NCBI GenBank assembly: GCA_012800525.1
Contig: JAAZJD010000021.1
Location: forward strand, 85,048-149,047
Direction: 5' to 3'
From: Clostridiales bacterium
GTDB taxonomy: Bacteria > Bacillota > Clostridia > Christensenellales > DTU072
DNA length: 64,000 nucleotides
This document shows positions 29,123 to 42,578 of the stretch, piece by piece. Made by a program: the position numbers and the translations under genes. A model generated the notes under the pieces. That model was not told where the DNA came from. It searched no databases and saw only the letters and a list, made by a program, of their open reading frames with translations. Within the stretch, counting starts at the first letter, position 1; every line of letters begins with the position of its first letter.

Positions 29123-30063
29123 TATTTGCTCTCTAAAACATACGTTATAACTGAGCCTTTCTCTATTGGCTTACCTCTAAGATAACTTGCTATATCCATC
29201 CTTTTTGCACCTTCGCCTTGAACTTCTTCGATGGAAAGTGCATAATCTTTACATTTGATAATAAGCTCATTTTGGGATACCAAAACTTCTCCTATTTTAC
29301 CCGAAACATCATTTTTAATTATATTTGCTTTGTGAACTATAAGCCTCTCTCTAGAAGTAAAAATATATGCAGATGGCCAAGGACTAAAAGCTCTAATTTG
29401 ATTAATAATACTATTTGCATTAGATGCAAAATTAAGTTGGCCATCTTGTTTTTTTAGTTTTTTAGTAAATGTTGCTTTACTGTGATCTTGTTTAATATAT
29501 TTTGCTCTACCTTCTACAATTTCATCTAATGCTTCAACTACGGCTTTTCCTCCAAGATTTGATAATATATCAAAACATTCACCAGCATTTTCATATCCCT
29601 TCAAAGGATATTTCATTATTTTAATAATGTCTCCAGCATCAACCTCTAACTCTGTTTGCATAATTGTTACACCAATCTCATCATCTCCGTTTAATAAAGC
29701 AGCCTGTATTGGTGAAGAGCCTCTATATTTTGGCAAAATTGATGCATGTATATTAATTACGCCATAAGGACAAATATCTAATATCTCCCTTGATAATATT
29801 TGACCATATGCAGCTGTTACCATGATATCTGCATTAAGTGACAATAATATGTTGACACCTTCTTTTGAAATATTTTCGAATTGATACAACAATAAATTGT
29901 TATCGATTGCAAATTGCTTTACTGGAGAATAAATAACCTTATTGTTTCTGGCATTTACCCTATCTGGTTGTGAAACGACAGCAACAAGCTCATGGTTGCT
30001 ATTTAATATATTTTTTAATGCTGGGATTCCAAAATCTGGCGTTCCTAAAAATATTACTCTCAC
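29122..30063 (-). CDS. fmt: Methionyl-tRNA formyltransferase
   Basis: MRVIFLGTPDF, HASILPKYRGSSPIQ and the def-fmt synteny. Confidence 0.95.
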   Translation of the reverse strand: MRVIFLGTPDFGIPALKNILNSNHELVAVVSQPDRVNARNNKVIYSPVKQFAIDNNLLLYQFENISKEGVNILLSLNADIMVTAAYGQILSREILDICPYGVINIHASILPKYRGSSPIQAALLNGDDEIGVTIMQTELEVDAGDIIKIMKYPLKGYENAGECFDILSNLGGKAVVEALDEIVEGRAKYIKQDHSKATFTKKLKKQDGQLNFASNANSIINQIRAFSPWPSAYIFTSRERLIVHKANIIKNDVSGKIGEVLVSQNELIIKCKDYALSIEEVQGEGAKRMDIASYLRGKPIEKGSVITYVLESK

Positions 30064-30092
30064 ATTAATTCTCCTTATTTGCCCTTAATTTT

Positions 30093-30548
30093 TTATTCGA
30101 TATTAGGTTCAAGTTTATCTATAAACAAAACTCCATTTAAATGATCAATCTCATGACACAATGCCCTTGCAGTAAAATCTTTTGCTTTAACTAAAATTTT
30201 ATTGCCCTCTCTATCATAACCTTTAACTGTAACTTTTAATGGACGTTTTACATTGCCGTTTTTTGATGGATCTACAGATAGACAACCTTCTAGACCAACT
30301 TGCATACCTGAAAACTTTACTATCTCAGGATTAATAACTTCAATCCTTTCCTCAGGATTTGTTGAAACAATAATAACTCTTTTACTAATGCCTATTTGAG
30401 GTGCAGCAAGCCCAACTCCTTGTGCCTTAATCATTGTTTCATACATATCATCTAACAAAGTATGCAACTCATTATCAAATACTTTAACTTCATCAGCTTT
30501 AAGCCGTAAAATTATATTTCCTTCCTTTATTATTTCTCTTGTACTCAT
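30093..30548 (-). CDS. def: Peptide deformylase
   Basis: The three Def motifs are present: GVGLAAPQ, EGCLS and HEIDHLNG. Confidence 0.95.
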   Translation of the reverse strand: MSTREIIKEGNIILRLKADEVKVFDNELHTLLDDMYETMIKAQGVGLAAPQIGISKRVIIVSTNPEERIEVINPEIVKFSGMQVGLEGCLSVDPSKNGNVKRPLKVTVKGYDREGNKILVKAKDFTARALCHEIDHLNGVLFIDKLEPNIE

Positions 30549-30572
30549 TTCTTCCTCTTATATTTTCTAATT

Positions 30573-32759
30573 TTAATCTTGTGGATTTACTTCTATAAAC
30601 ACACTGGCATCGCCAGTTGAATTATTATTTACTATTTCATAAATAGTTTGCATATATTCATCAGCTTGTTCTTCAAAAACAAATATCATTACTTGATACT
30701 GATATCTATTTTTTAATTTTTTAATACTTGAATGCATATGTTTTATTCTAATAACGCCAGGCTTCCCATCTAAAGCATCATTTACTTGCTTAAAAATTAT
30801 TCTAGATTTGCTAACAGCTGTATGCTCTTTTTCACTTGTGCACATTATTTTTATAATTCTAGAATATGGGGGGAAATATGCTTGTTTTCTTATGTTTTTT
30901 TCTCTATAGTAAAATTTTTTATAATCATAACTACAAGCAACTGCATATAAGGGATGAGCGGGATTCAATGTTTGCAAATAAACCTTTCCCTTTTTTTGTT
31001 CTCTTCCAGCTCTACCTGCAACTTGAGTAATAAGTTGAAACGTTTTTTCATTTGCCTTATAGTTTGAAACATATAAGGAGATATCTGCATCTAGGATACC
31101 AACCAAAGTAACATCAGGAAAATCATGTCCTTTTACCACCATTTGTGTACCGACTAAAATATCTGCTTCTTTTCTATTAAAAGCTGAAAGAATTTTACTA
31201 TATGAATCTTTTTTCGTTGTTGTGTCATTATCTAATCTTAGTACTCTTGCTTCAGGAAAAACCTTTTTGATCATGTCAACAACTTGTTCTGTACCAATCC
31301 TACCATCTTTAAGATTGTTTTTTCCGCACATCGGACATTTTTTGATCGTTTTATACTGAGCGCCACAATAGTGACAACTTAATAATTCTGGATATTTATG
31401 ATATGTTAATGAAACATCACAAGATGGGCATTTTGCAATATAACCGCAATCTTGACAACTTATATACGATGAATACCCTCTTCTATTTAAAAACAAAATA
31501 GTTTGCTCTTTTTTCTTTAGCGTATCTAGCATGGCTGCGATAAGTGGCTTGCTTAATAAAGTGGTATTTCCTTGTTTTCTTTCTATGCGCATATCGACAA
31601 TTTCAATCTCAGGCAATTCACTTTCATTTATTCTCTTAGGCATTTCAAGTAAAACATATTCCCCATCTTCTTCAGCTAATTTATATGTTTCTACCGATGG
31701 GGTTGCACTGCCTAAAACAAGCTTTGCTCCATTATATCTAGCTCTAAATTTTGCTATATCAATTGTAAAATATCTAGGATTTGATTCTGATATATAGCTT
31801 TGGTCATGCTCTTCATCTATGATAATTATGCCAACATTTTTTATAGGCGCAAAAATAGCACTTCTTGGTCCTAGCACTACTGTAGACTCGCCTTTTCTAA
31901 TTCTTTGCCACTCATCATGTCTTTCACCAGGATTTAACTTACTATGAAGCATGCCTACTTTATCTCCAAATTTTGCTCTAAAAATTCCAAGCATTTGAGG
32001 AGTCAAAGATATTTCAGGAACTAAAATAATTGCCGTTTTCCCTTTATTTAAATAATGTTCAATTAATGAAATATAAACCTGTGTTTTACCAGAACCAGTA
32101 ACACCGTGAATTAAGAATTGATCCTTTTTAGAGCCTAAAATCTGCTTAACTACATATTTCTGATCGTCAGTTAAAGTAACCTCTTTAGCTTCCCTTTTCA
32201 TTGCAATAGGGACTCTATTCTCAATTCTTGTCTCTCGAATTAAAATTCTTTTTTCTAAAAGCGCCTTGACAGCTGCAGGAGAAAACTCTTTGTTAATATC
32301 ACTTTCTAAAGCCTCTATTTCATCATGCATTTTTCTTATGATATCACGTTGTACACTAGCTCTTTCTAAAACAAAAGCTAAAGCGGAGTCTAAAGTATGT
32401 GTTTGATTAAATAATAAATAGTTTACCTTTTTTGCTCTAGCTGTACCTTTCCTAACCCCTGTTGGCATAAACAATCTAAAGCTATCAATATATCTAATAT
32501 TTTTTTTGCTCATGTAATTTGCAAGTTCAATAAATTCATGTGACACACAACTAAAATCATCTAATTTGCTAATTACTTCTTTTATTTCATAGCTGACTTC
32601 TGGTAAATTTTCTTCTTTGCTTAAAACAAATCCCTCTATTTTTCTATTTCCAAAAGGGACCAAAACTCTATCTCCAATATTAAGATTTAAATTTGACTTG
32701 TAGTAAAAAGGTCTATCTATAGGATCAGCACTTATATCTACTATTACATTATAAATCAT
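30573..32759 (-). CDS. priA: Primosomal replication restart helicase PriA
   Basis: Walker A GVTGSGKT, DEEH box IIDEEHD and four CxxC zinc-binding pairs (CQDCG, CPSCD, CHYCG, CPMCG). Confidence 0.9.
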   Translation of the reverse strand: MIYNVIVDISADPIDRPFYYKSNLNLNIGDRVLVPFGNRKIEGFVLSKEENLPEVSYEIKEVISKLDDFSCVSHEFIELANYMSKKNIRYIDSFRLFMPTGVRKGTARAKKVNYLLFNQTHTLDSALAFVLERASVQRDIIRKMHDEIEALESDINKEFSPAAVKALLEKRILIRETRIENRVPIAMKREAKEVTLTDDQKYVVKQILGSKKDQFLIHGVTGSGKTQVYISLIEHYLNKGKTAIILVPEISLTPQMLGIFRAKFGDKVGMLHSKLNPGERHDEWQRIRKGESTVVLGPRSAIFAPIKNVGIIIIDEEHDQSYISESNPRYFTIDIAKFRARYNGAKLVLGSATPSVETYKLAEEDGEYVLLEMPKRINESELPEIEIVDMRIERKQGNTTLLSKPLIAAMLDTLKKKEQTILFLNRRGYSSYISCQDCGYIAKCPSCDVSLTYHKYPELLSCHYCGAQYKTIKKCPMCGKNNLKDGRIGTEQVVDMIKKVFPEARVLRLDNDTTTKKDSYSKILSAFNRKEADILVGTQMVVKGHDFPDVTLVGILDADISLYVSNYKANEKTFQLITQVAGRAGREQKKGKVYLQTLNPAHPLYAVACSYDYKKFYYREKNIRKQAYFPPYSRIIKIMCTSEKEHTAVSKSRIIFKQVNDALDGKPGVIRIKHMHSSIKKLKNRYQYQVMIFVFEEQADEYMQTIYEIVNNNSTGDASVFIEVNPQD

Positions 32760-32867
32760 ACTTGTTATACCTTTTGCTAGTTTACTTTAAAGTTTTTCAT
32801 AAGAAAATAATTGCACATAAATCTATATGTTAAAACCATATATTATGATATTTAAATACTTAATTTG

Positions 32868-34046
32868 TTAGTCAAGCAGCAGAATATTATCTAATAAAAC
32901 ATCAGCTAATTTTGTTTTTAACATTTTTTCTAGAGAAATAATATCCCCATTTGGCTTAATTAATGTGACAATATTAGTATCAACATTAAAACCTGCACCT
33001 TCAGCTAAAACATCATTGGCAACAACTAAATCTGCATTTTTAGAATTCAGTTTATTTTTCGCATGTTTAAGCAAATCGGATGTTTCTGCAGCGAAAATAA
33101 TTAGTTTTTTATTATCTTTTCGTTTGCCAACTTCTGCAGCTATATCAATATTTTTTTCAAGTTCTATATTAATATTTGTTGCCTTTATCTTTTCTTTGCT
33201 AAAATTTTTAACCTTATAATCCGACGGCGCTGCTGCTTTTATGACAATATCACATTTATCAAGATTTTTTATTACCTCTTTATACATATCTTCTGTCGAT
33301 TTAACATAGATATTTGAGCTTAAGTCTGGAAGCATTTCGCTTACTCTTCCGTGAATTAATATAACTTTTGCTCCCCTAGCTAAGGCAGCTTTTGCTATCG
33401 AAATCCCCATTTTCCCAGACGAATGATTTGTAATAAACCGCACACTATCAATAGCTTCTTCTGTTGCTCCAGCTGTTATTAATATTGTTTTCCCTCTGTA
33501 ATCTGGATTAGGAGTTAATCTTTTATCTATTTCAGCAACAATATCTTGAGGATCAGCTAGACGACCCTTTCCTATATCGCCACAAGCTAAAGGCCCGCTT
33601 TCCGGCTCAATAATTAGATAACCTAAGTCTTTAAGCTTTTTTAAATTTTGTTGGAATAATGGATTTTCATACATCGCTGTGTTCATTGCAGGACAAATTA
33701 TTTTTAAAGCTTTTGTTGCCATAATTGTTGTGGTTAACATATCATCAGCAATACCATCGGCAATTTTAGAAATAACATTTGCAGTTGCTGGAGCAACTAC
33801 AAAAATATCTGCAAGCTTTGCATAACTAATGTGCTCTACATTAAATTCTCTATTTTTTTCAAATGTAGAAACTACAACTTTGTTATTTGATAAAGTTTCA
33901 AAAGTTAATGGCGAAACAAACTCAGTTGCATTTTGAGTCATAATCACCCTAACATCATAATTTAACTTTTTTAGAGACGAAACAATCTCGCAAGCTTTAT
34001 AAGCTGCAATACAGCCTGTTACACCTAATACCACTGTCTTTTTCAT
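32868..34046 (-). CDS. coaBC: Bifunctional phosphopantothenoylcysteine decarboxylase/phosphopantothenate--cysteine ligase
   Basis: N-terminal flavoprotein motif GVTGCIAAYK, PAMN, and CoaB-domain SSGKMG. The protein is 392 aa. Confidence 0.9.
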   Translation of the reverse strand: MKKTVVLGVTGCIAAYKACEIVSSLKKLNYDVRVIMTQNATEFVSPLTFETLSNNKVVVSTFEKNREFNVEHISYAKLADIFVVAPATANVISKIADGIADDMLTTTIMATKALKIICPAMNTAMYENPLFQQNLKKLKDLGYLIIEPESGPLACGDIGKGRLADPQDIVAEIDKRLTPNPDYRGKTILITAGATEEAIDSVRFITNHSSGKMGISIAKAALARGAKVILIHGRVSEMLPDLSSNIYVKSTEDMYKEVIKNLDKCDIVIKAAAPSDYKVKNFSKEKIKATNINIELEKNIDIAAEVGKRKDNKKLIIFAAETSDLLKHAKNKLNSKNADLVVANDVLAEGAGFNVDTNIVTLIKPNGDIISLEKMLKTKLADVLLDNILLLD

Positions 34047-34082
34047 AAACCATACCTCCTACTATAAAAAAGTATGGGTATA

Positions 34083-34274
34083 TTACAAAATAATTTTAAC
34101 TTTGTCGTTATATATTTCTCTAGCAACATAAGACACTGGTTTTAATCCAGATGCCAAATATTCAGCAGGTTCAGATTCAATAATTTCATTTGTCCTTTTA
34201 GTTAAAGCGACAACTAAAGCATACCTGCAAGGTGCTTTTTTTATTAACTTATCAATTGGTGGGTCGATCATCAT
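34083..34274 (-). CDS. rpoZ: DNA-directed RNA polymerase subunit omega
   Basis: 63 aa, with YALVVALTKRTNEI matching the RpoZ core, and the gmk-rpoZ synteny. Confidence 0.8.
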   Translation of the reverse strand: MMIDPPIDKLIKKAPCRYALVVALTKRTNEIIESEPAEYLASGLKPVSYVAREIYNDKVKIIL

Positions 34275-34304
34275 AACGCTTTTCCTCCTTATAAATTTAT
34301 AACT

Positions 34305-34916
34305 TTATTTAATTTGGTTAAACTGTTCTACAATATCTTTATTTCGAGAACGCTTAGCCCTTTCAGCTTTAATTATTGAACATATCAAACTTACACATTG
34401 ATCTAAATCATCATTAATAGCAATATAATCATATCTTCTCATGGATTTATATTCTTTCTTGGCTATCCTTAGTCTCAATTTTTGAAGTTTTTCACTTTCT
34501 GTGCCTCTATATAAAAGTCTACGCTCAAGTTCTTCAAAAGTAGAGGGTGTGATAAATATCATAACTGCATCTGGGAACATTCTTCTAACATTATTTGCTC
34601 CAATTGTTTCAATTTCAAGCAAAACGTCTTTCCCGTCTGCAAGCAATGACTCAACTTGTGCTTTTGGCGTGCCGTAGTAATTTTGAAACTTTGCAACATA
34701 CTCAATAAAATCTCCATTTTCTATCATTTTTTCAAATTCTTCTTTAGTGATAAAATGATAATGCAAGCCATCAATTTCACCAGGTCTTGGCACTCTTGTT
34801 GTAGCAGAAACAGAAAAAGCTAATCCTACTTCTCTTTCCATAACTTTTCCTCTTACAGTGCCCTTGCCGGCTCCGCTTGGTCCTGAAATAACAAACAATA
34901 TTCCTGACTTAGCCAT
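34305..34916 (-). CDS. gmk: Guanylate kinase
   Basis: P-loop SGPSGAGKGT and TTR.PR.GE.DG..Y.F. The start is moved to ATG 34916 (MAKSGILFV), which has GGAG 6 nt upstream. The track start at 34928 has no RBS. Confidence 0.9.
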   Translation of the reverse strand: MAKSGILFVISGPSGAGKGTVRGKVMEREVGLAFSVSATTRVPRPGEIDGLHYHFITKEEFEKMIENGDFIEYVAKFQNYYGTPKAQVESLLADGKDVLLEIETIGANNVRRMFPDAVMIFITPSTFEELERRLLYRGTESEKLQKLRLRIAKKEYKSMRRYDYIAINDDLDQCVSLICSIIKAERAKRSRNKDIVEQFNQIK

Positions 34917-34931
34917 TCTCTTCTCCATATT

Positions 34932-35825
34932 TTATTCTAAATTTTGAACTTGTTCTCTAATAGCTTCAATAATATTTTTCGCTGTTAGTGCAATTCTTGT
35001 TATTTTTATATCTACACTTTTACTTGCAATAGTATTAATCTCTCTATGTGTTTCTTGCGTTAAAAAATCAAGTTTTTTCCCAATTGGACCTGGCAATAAA
35101 AAAGTCTCTATATACTGATTTAAATGGCTTTCAAGTCTTGTCGTTTCTTCATCTATGCTTGCTTTATCTACAAACAATGTAATTTCAGCTTCAATTCTAC
35201 TTGGACTAATTGCCTCTTCTTTCAAAGCTTCTGCAAGCTTACTTGATAAAGATTTTTTATAATCTTCACTAATTACACTTGCATACTCTTTAATTTTACT
35301 AACCAATTCTTGTAAAGAATGAATTTTATATAACAAATCTTTTACTAAGTTTGTTCCTTCTTTTAATCTCATCTTTTGCATATTTTTAACAGCTTGAGAT
35401 GTTGCATCTAATATCAAAGCTTCAAGCAATTTTTCATCTTCATCAATGTAGGCTGGCCGCAATATCTCTGGCATGCTAAGTAGGGTTGATACACTCATAT
35501 CCTGACAATAGCCTAAAACTTCCAATTCCTTACTAACTCTCAAATATTCTTTAGCTAAATTTTCATCAAGCAAAAGAGTAGAGTGCTTATCTCTACAATC
35601 ATCAACATTGACAAAAATATCAAGGTGTCCTCTAAACACATGTTCTTTAACTTTATTTCTAATCATATCTTCTGCAAACATATAATTTTTGGGAGTTCTT
35701 ATCGATAAATCTAAAAATCTATGATTTACAGATTTCATTTCCACAGTAATTTTTAGACCGTTGTCTTCACAAACGCCCTTACCATAACCTGTCATACTAT
35801 AGTGCTTAATTGTATTTTTTGACAT
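34932..35825 (-). CDS. yicC: YicC/YloC family endoribonuclease
   Basis: MTGYGKG N-terminus, SVNHRFLD block and C-terminal EINTI..K motif. Confidence 0.85.
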   Translation of the reverse strand: MSKNTIKHYSMTGYGKGVCEDNGLKITVEMKSVNHRFLDLSIRTPKNYMFAEDMIRNKVKEHVFRGHLDIFVNVDDCRDKHSTLLLDENLAKEYLRVSKELEVLGYCQDMSVSTLLSMPEILRPAYIDEDEKLLEALILDATSQAVKNMQKMRLKEGTNLVKDLLYKIHSLQELVSKIKEYASVISEDYKKSLSSKLAEALKEEAISPSRIEAEITLFVDKASIDEETTRLESHLNQYIETFLLPGPIGKKLDFLTQETHREINTIASKSVDIKITRIALTAKNIIEAIREQVQNLE

Positions 35826-35837
35826 ATCGGTCCCCTT

Positions 35838-36797
35838 CTATACATTAAAAAGTTCATCTGGACAAACTTTTAACAATTTTTTAGTTCCATTCGAATAAAC
35901 TGCATAAGGTAGCTTCCCAGTTATTACACCAACTTCAGTTGCTTTAATTTTCGCTTTGCTAAGCAATTCAATTAACTCGCTTGGACTGGAAGTTGTAACT
36001 AAAAGCGAACCACTAGATAACAATTTATATATATCTATCCCTATTTTATCAGCTACTTTTTTTGAAAGTTTGGTCACAGGAATTTTTTCAACATACAATT
36101 CTGCACCAACCCCTGCCCCCTCACAAACTTCACTTATAGCACCAAAGATTCCGCCTTCTGTAATATCATGCATTGAGCCAACATTAAAGTCACGACAAAT
36201 TCTACCTTCCTCTAATATACTCAAACTATTTGAGTAATTTTTAGCCTCTTCAATTTCTTCTATAGATAAGCCTAATTCATCTGATAAATTTTCTACAATA
36301 ATGTTGATTCCTTCAAGCCCTACATCTTTAGTAACAACTATGCTGTCACCAATTTTAGGATTTGTTGCAGTTATATGTTTATTCGTCTTTCCAATAACTG
36401 TACAACTTGCGATCATCCTATTCACTGAGTCAGAAAATTCAGTATGACCTCCTGCGATTTCTAGGTTCATTTTTGCAGCTTCCGCTTCAGCATCTTCCAT
36501 AACTATCTTTATATCACTCGGTTTAGCTGTAATTGGTGCAATAATAGTTAACATTGCTAAAAATGGTTCTCCGCCTGAAGCGATAACATCATTTGAGGCA
36601 ACCTTTATAGCTAATGAGCCTAAGTTTGCAGTTTTCCCAGTAATTGGATCAGTTGAAATTAAAAATTTTCCACTTCCAGAAAATTCAGCACAATCTTCAC
36701 CAAGTGCTGCCCCAGAAATTATTTCTGGACGTCTATGCTTTATTACCTCTAAAACATTCTTTTTTAATTCAGAGCTACTTAATTTTCCTTGCCTCAT
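35838..36797 (-). CDS. AIR synthase-related (PurM/ThiL/HypE superfamily) protein
   Basis: PurM-like N-domain pattern (GEDCAEF...ISTDPITG...ASNDVIASGGEP) and C-domain (MHDITEGG). The specific function cannot be assigned from sequence. Confidence 0.6.
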   Translation of the reverse strand: MRQGKLSSSELKKNVLEVIKHRRPEIISGAALGEDCAEFSGSGKFLISTDPITGKTANLGSLAIKVASNDVIASGGEPFLAMLTIIAPITAKPSDIKIVMEDAEAEAAKMNLEIAGGHTEFSDSVNRMIASCTVIGKTNKHITATNPKIGDSIVVTKDVGLEGINIIVENLSDELGLSIEEIEEAKNYSNSLSILEEGRICRDFNVGSMHDITEGGIFGAISEVCEGAGVGAELYVEKIPVTKLSKKVADKIGIDIYKLLSSGSLLVTTSSPSELIELLSKAKIKATEVGVITGKLPYAVYSNGTKKLLKVCPDELFNV

Positions 36798-36965
36798 TTT
36801 TTCCTTTAGTAACGATATTATTTTATATAATAATTATATGCAACTACATATTAACATATTTAGCAAGCATATTTAACAAAAATATTTGAGTTATCCCCAA
36901 TTTGCTAAAATTTGCTCAAAAATCAATTTAAAACCACGGAAATAGCATGAAATAGCTAATTTTAT

Positions 36966-41275
<4,310 letters not shown>

Positions 41276-41358
41276 ATATCCTCACACCGTTTCCCAACAT
41301 TATGATAATGTAATTTCTATAAAAATTAAGTTTTTATTGAATAAAACATTAAAATACT

Positions 41359-42351
41359 CTAATTCCCTTGATCCCAATTTTGTGGCATAAAATATTTTTC
41401 GAACATTTTTATAGCATAATTATCTGACATTTGTGCAATATAGTCAGTAATATATCTTTTTGGGTCATTTGAGTTTTTCTTATAAACTGAAGGAACTTCT
41501 AAATCATTTTTTTCATAAAATGAAAATAAGGTTTCAAGCAATCTTCTCGCCTTTGTTTCCTCTATTTTTGCACTCATGGCACCGTATACTCTATCAAACA
41601 TAAAGGCTCTTAAATTTTGCATAGCTTCATGACAAGTTTCAGACATAATAATTTCATCTTTTCCTACGGAGTTTTGAATTATATCATTTACAATTGTATT
41701 TATTTTGACACCTTTTCCTTTCCCTAAAACCTCCTCTATTTCTTGAGATATGTCTGATTCTTTTATTATACCTGCAGTAATTGCATCATCAACATCGTGA
41801 TTTAAGTAAGCAATTCTATCTGAAATCCTTACAACCGCGCCTTCTAAAGTTGAGGGTTGATTTGGACCAGAATGATTTAAAATTCCATCTCTAACTTCCC
41901 ATGTTAAATTCAATCCCTTACCATCATCTTCTAGTAATTCAACTACTCTTAAGCTTTGCTCATTGTGTCTAAAATGACCAGTTATATCATTTAAAACGCG
42001 CTCTCCTGTATGACCAAATGGAGTGTGCCCTAAATCATGTCCTAAAGCTATTGCTTCTGTAAGGTCTTCATTTAAACACAAACATCTACTAATGGTCCTT
42101 GCAATTTGAGTAACTTCTAAAGTATGTGTTAATCTAGTTCTAAAATGATCAGATGAAGGCGAAACAAAAACTTGTGTTTTATGTTTCAAACGTCTAAAAG
42201 CCTTAGAGTGTATGATTCTATCTCGATCTCTTTGGAATTCCGTACGCATTGGACATTCTGCAACTTTAATAACTCTACCTTTTGTTTCATAACTCCTTTG
42301 TGCATATGGACTCAAAAAATTTTTTTCAAAATCTAAATACTTTTCTTTCAT
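41359..42351 (-). CDS. dGTPase-like HD-domain triphosphohydrolase
   Basis: RDRDRIIHSKAFRRL, HTRLTHTLEV and GHDLGHTPFGH are hallmark blocks of the short dGTP triphosphohydrolase-like family. Confidence 0.85.
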   Translation of the reverse strand: MKEKYLDFEKNFLSPYAQRSYETKGRVIKVAECPMRTEFQRDRDRIIHSKAFRRLKHKTQVFVSPSSDHFRTRLTHTLEVTQIARTISRCLCLNEDLTEAIALGHDLGHTPFGHTGERVLNDITGHFRHNEQSLRVVELLEDDGKGLNLTWEVRDGILNHSGPNQPSTLEGAVVRISDRIAYLNHDVDDAITAGIIKESDISQEIEEVLGKGKGVKINTIVNDIIQNSVGKDEIIMSETCHEAMQNLRAFMFDRVYGAMSAKIEETKARRLLETLFSFYEKNDLEVPSVYKKNSNDPKRYITDYIAQMSDNYAIKMFEKYFMPQNWDQGN

Positions 42352-42510
42352 TTTCCTCCAAAATCTTAAGCACCTACAATTATCTTAAGCTTCTTATATA
42401 TTTTACCATATTTACGTATATTTCTAAACTGACATTTATATAAAACTATGAATTTTGAATATTTAAAATTAAATCGCAAATTATAAAAATGCAATATGTT
42501 TCAACATGCT

Positions 42511-42547
42511 AAAAAGAACAAAGTGATTCAAAATCGAACCACTTTGC
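42511..42547 (-). terminator. Rho-independent terminator downstream of ppdK
   Basis: Stem CAAAGTG (42519-42525) / CACTTTG (42540-42546). On the minus strand it is followed by TTCTTTTT. Confidence 0.65.
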
Positions 42548-42578
42548 CATTTTAGTTTTTATGCTCGAAGGTTAAAAA

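Noticed and set aside
41359-42351. dGTPase-like HD protein considered as an anti-phage dNTP-depletion defence gene.
   Set aside because: It is the short housekeeping dGTPase-like family common in Bacillota. It is embedded between pcrA and ppdK, with no mobile or defence-island context.
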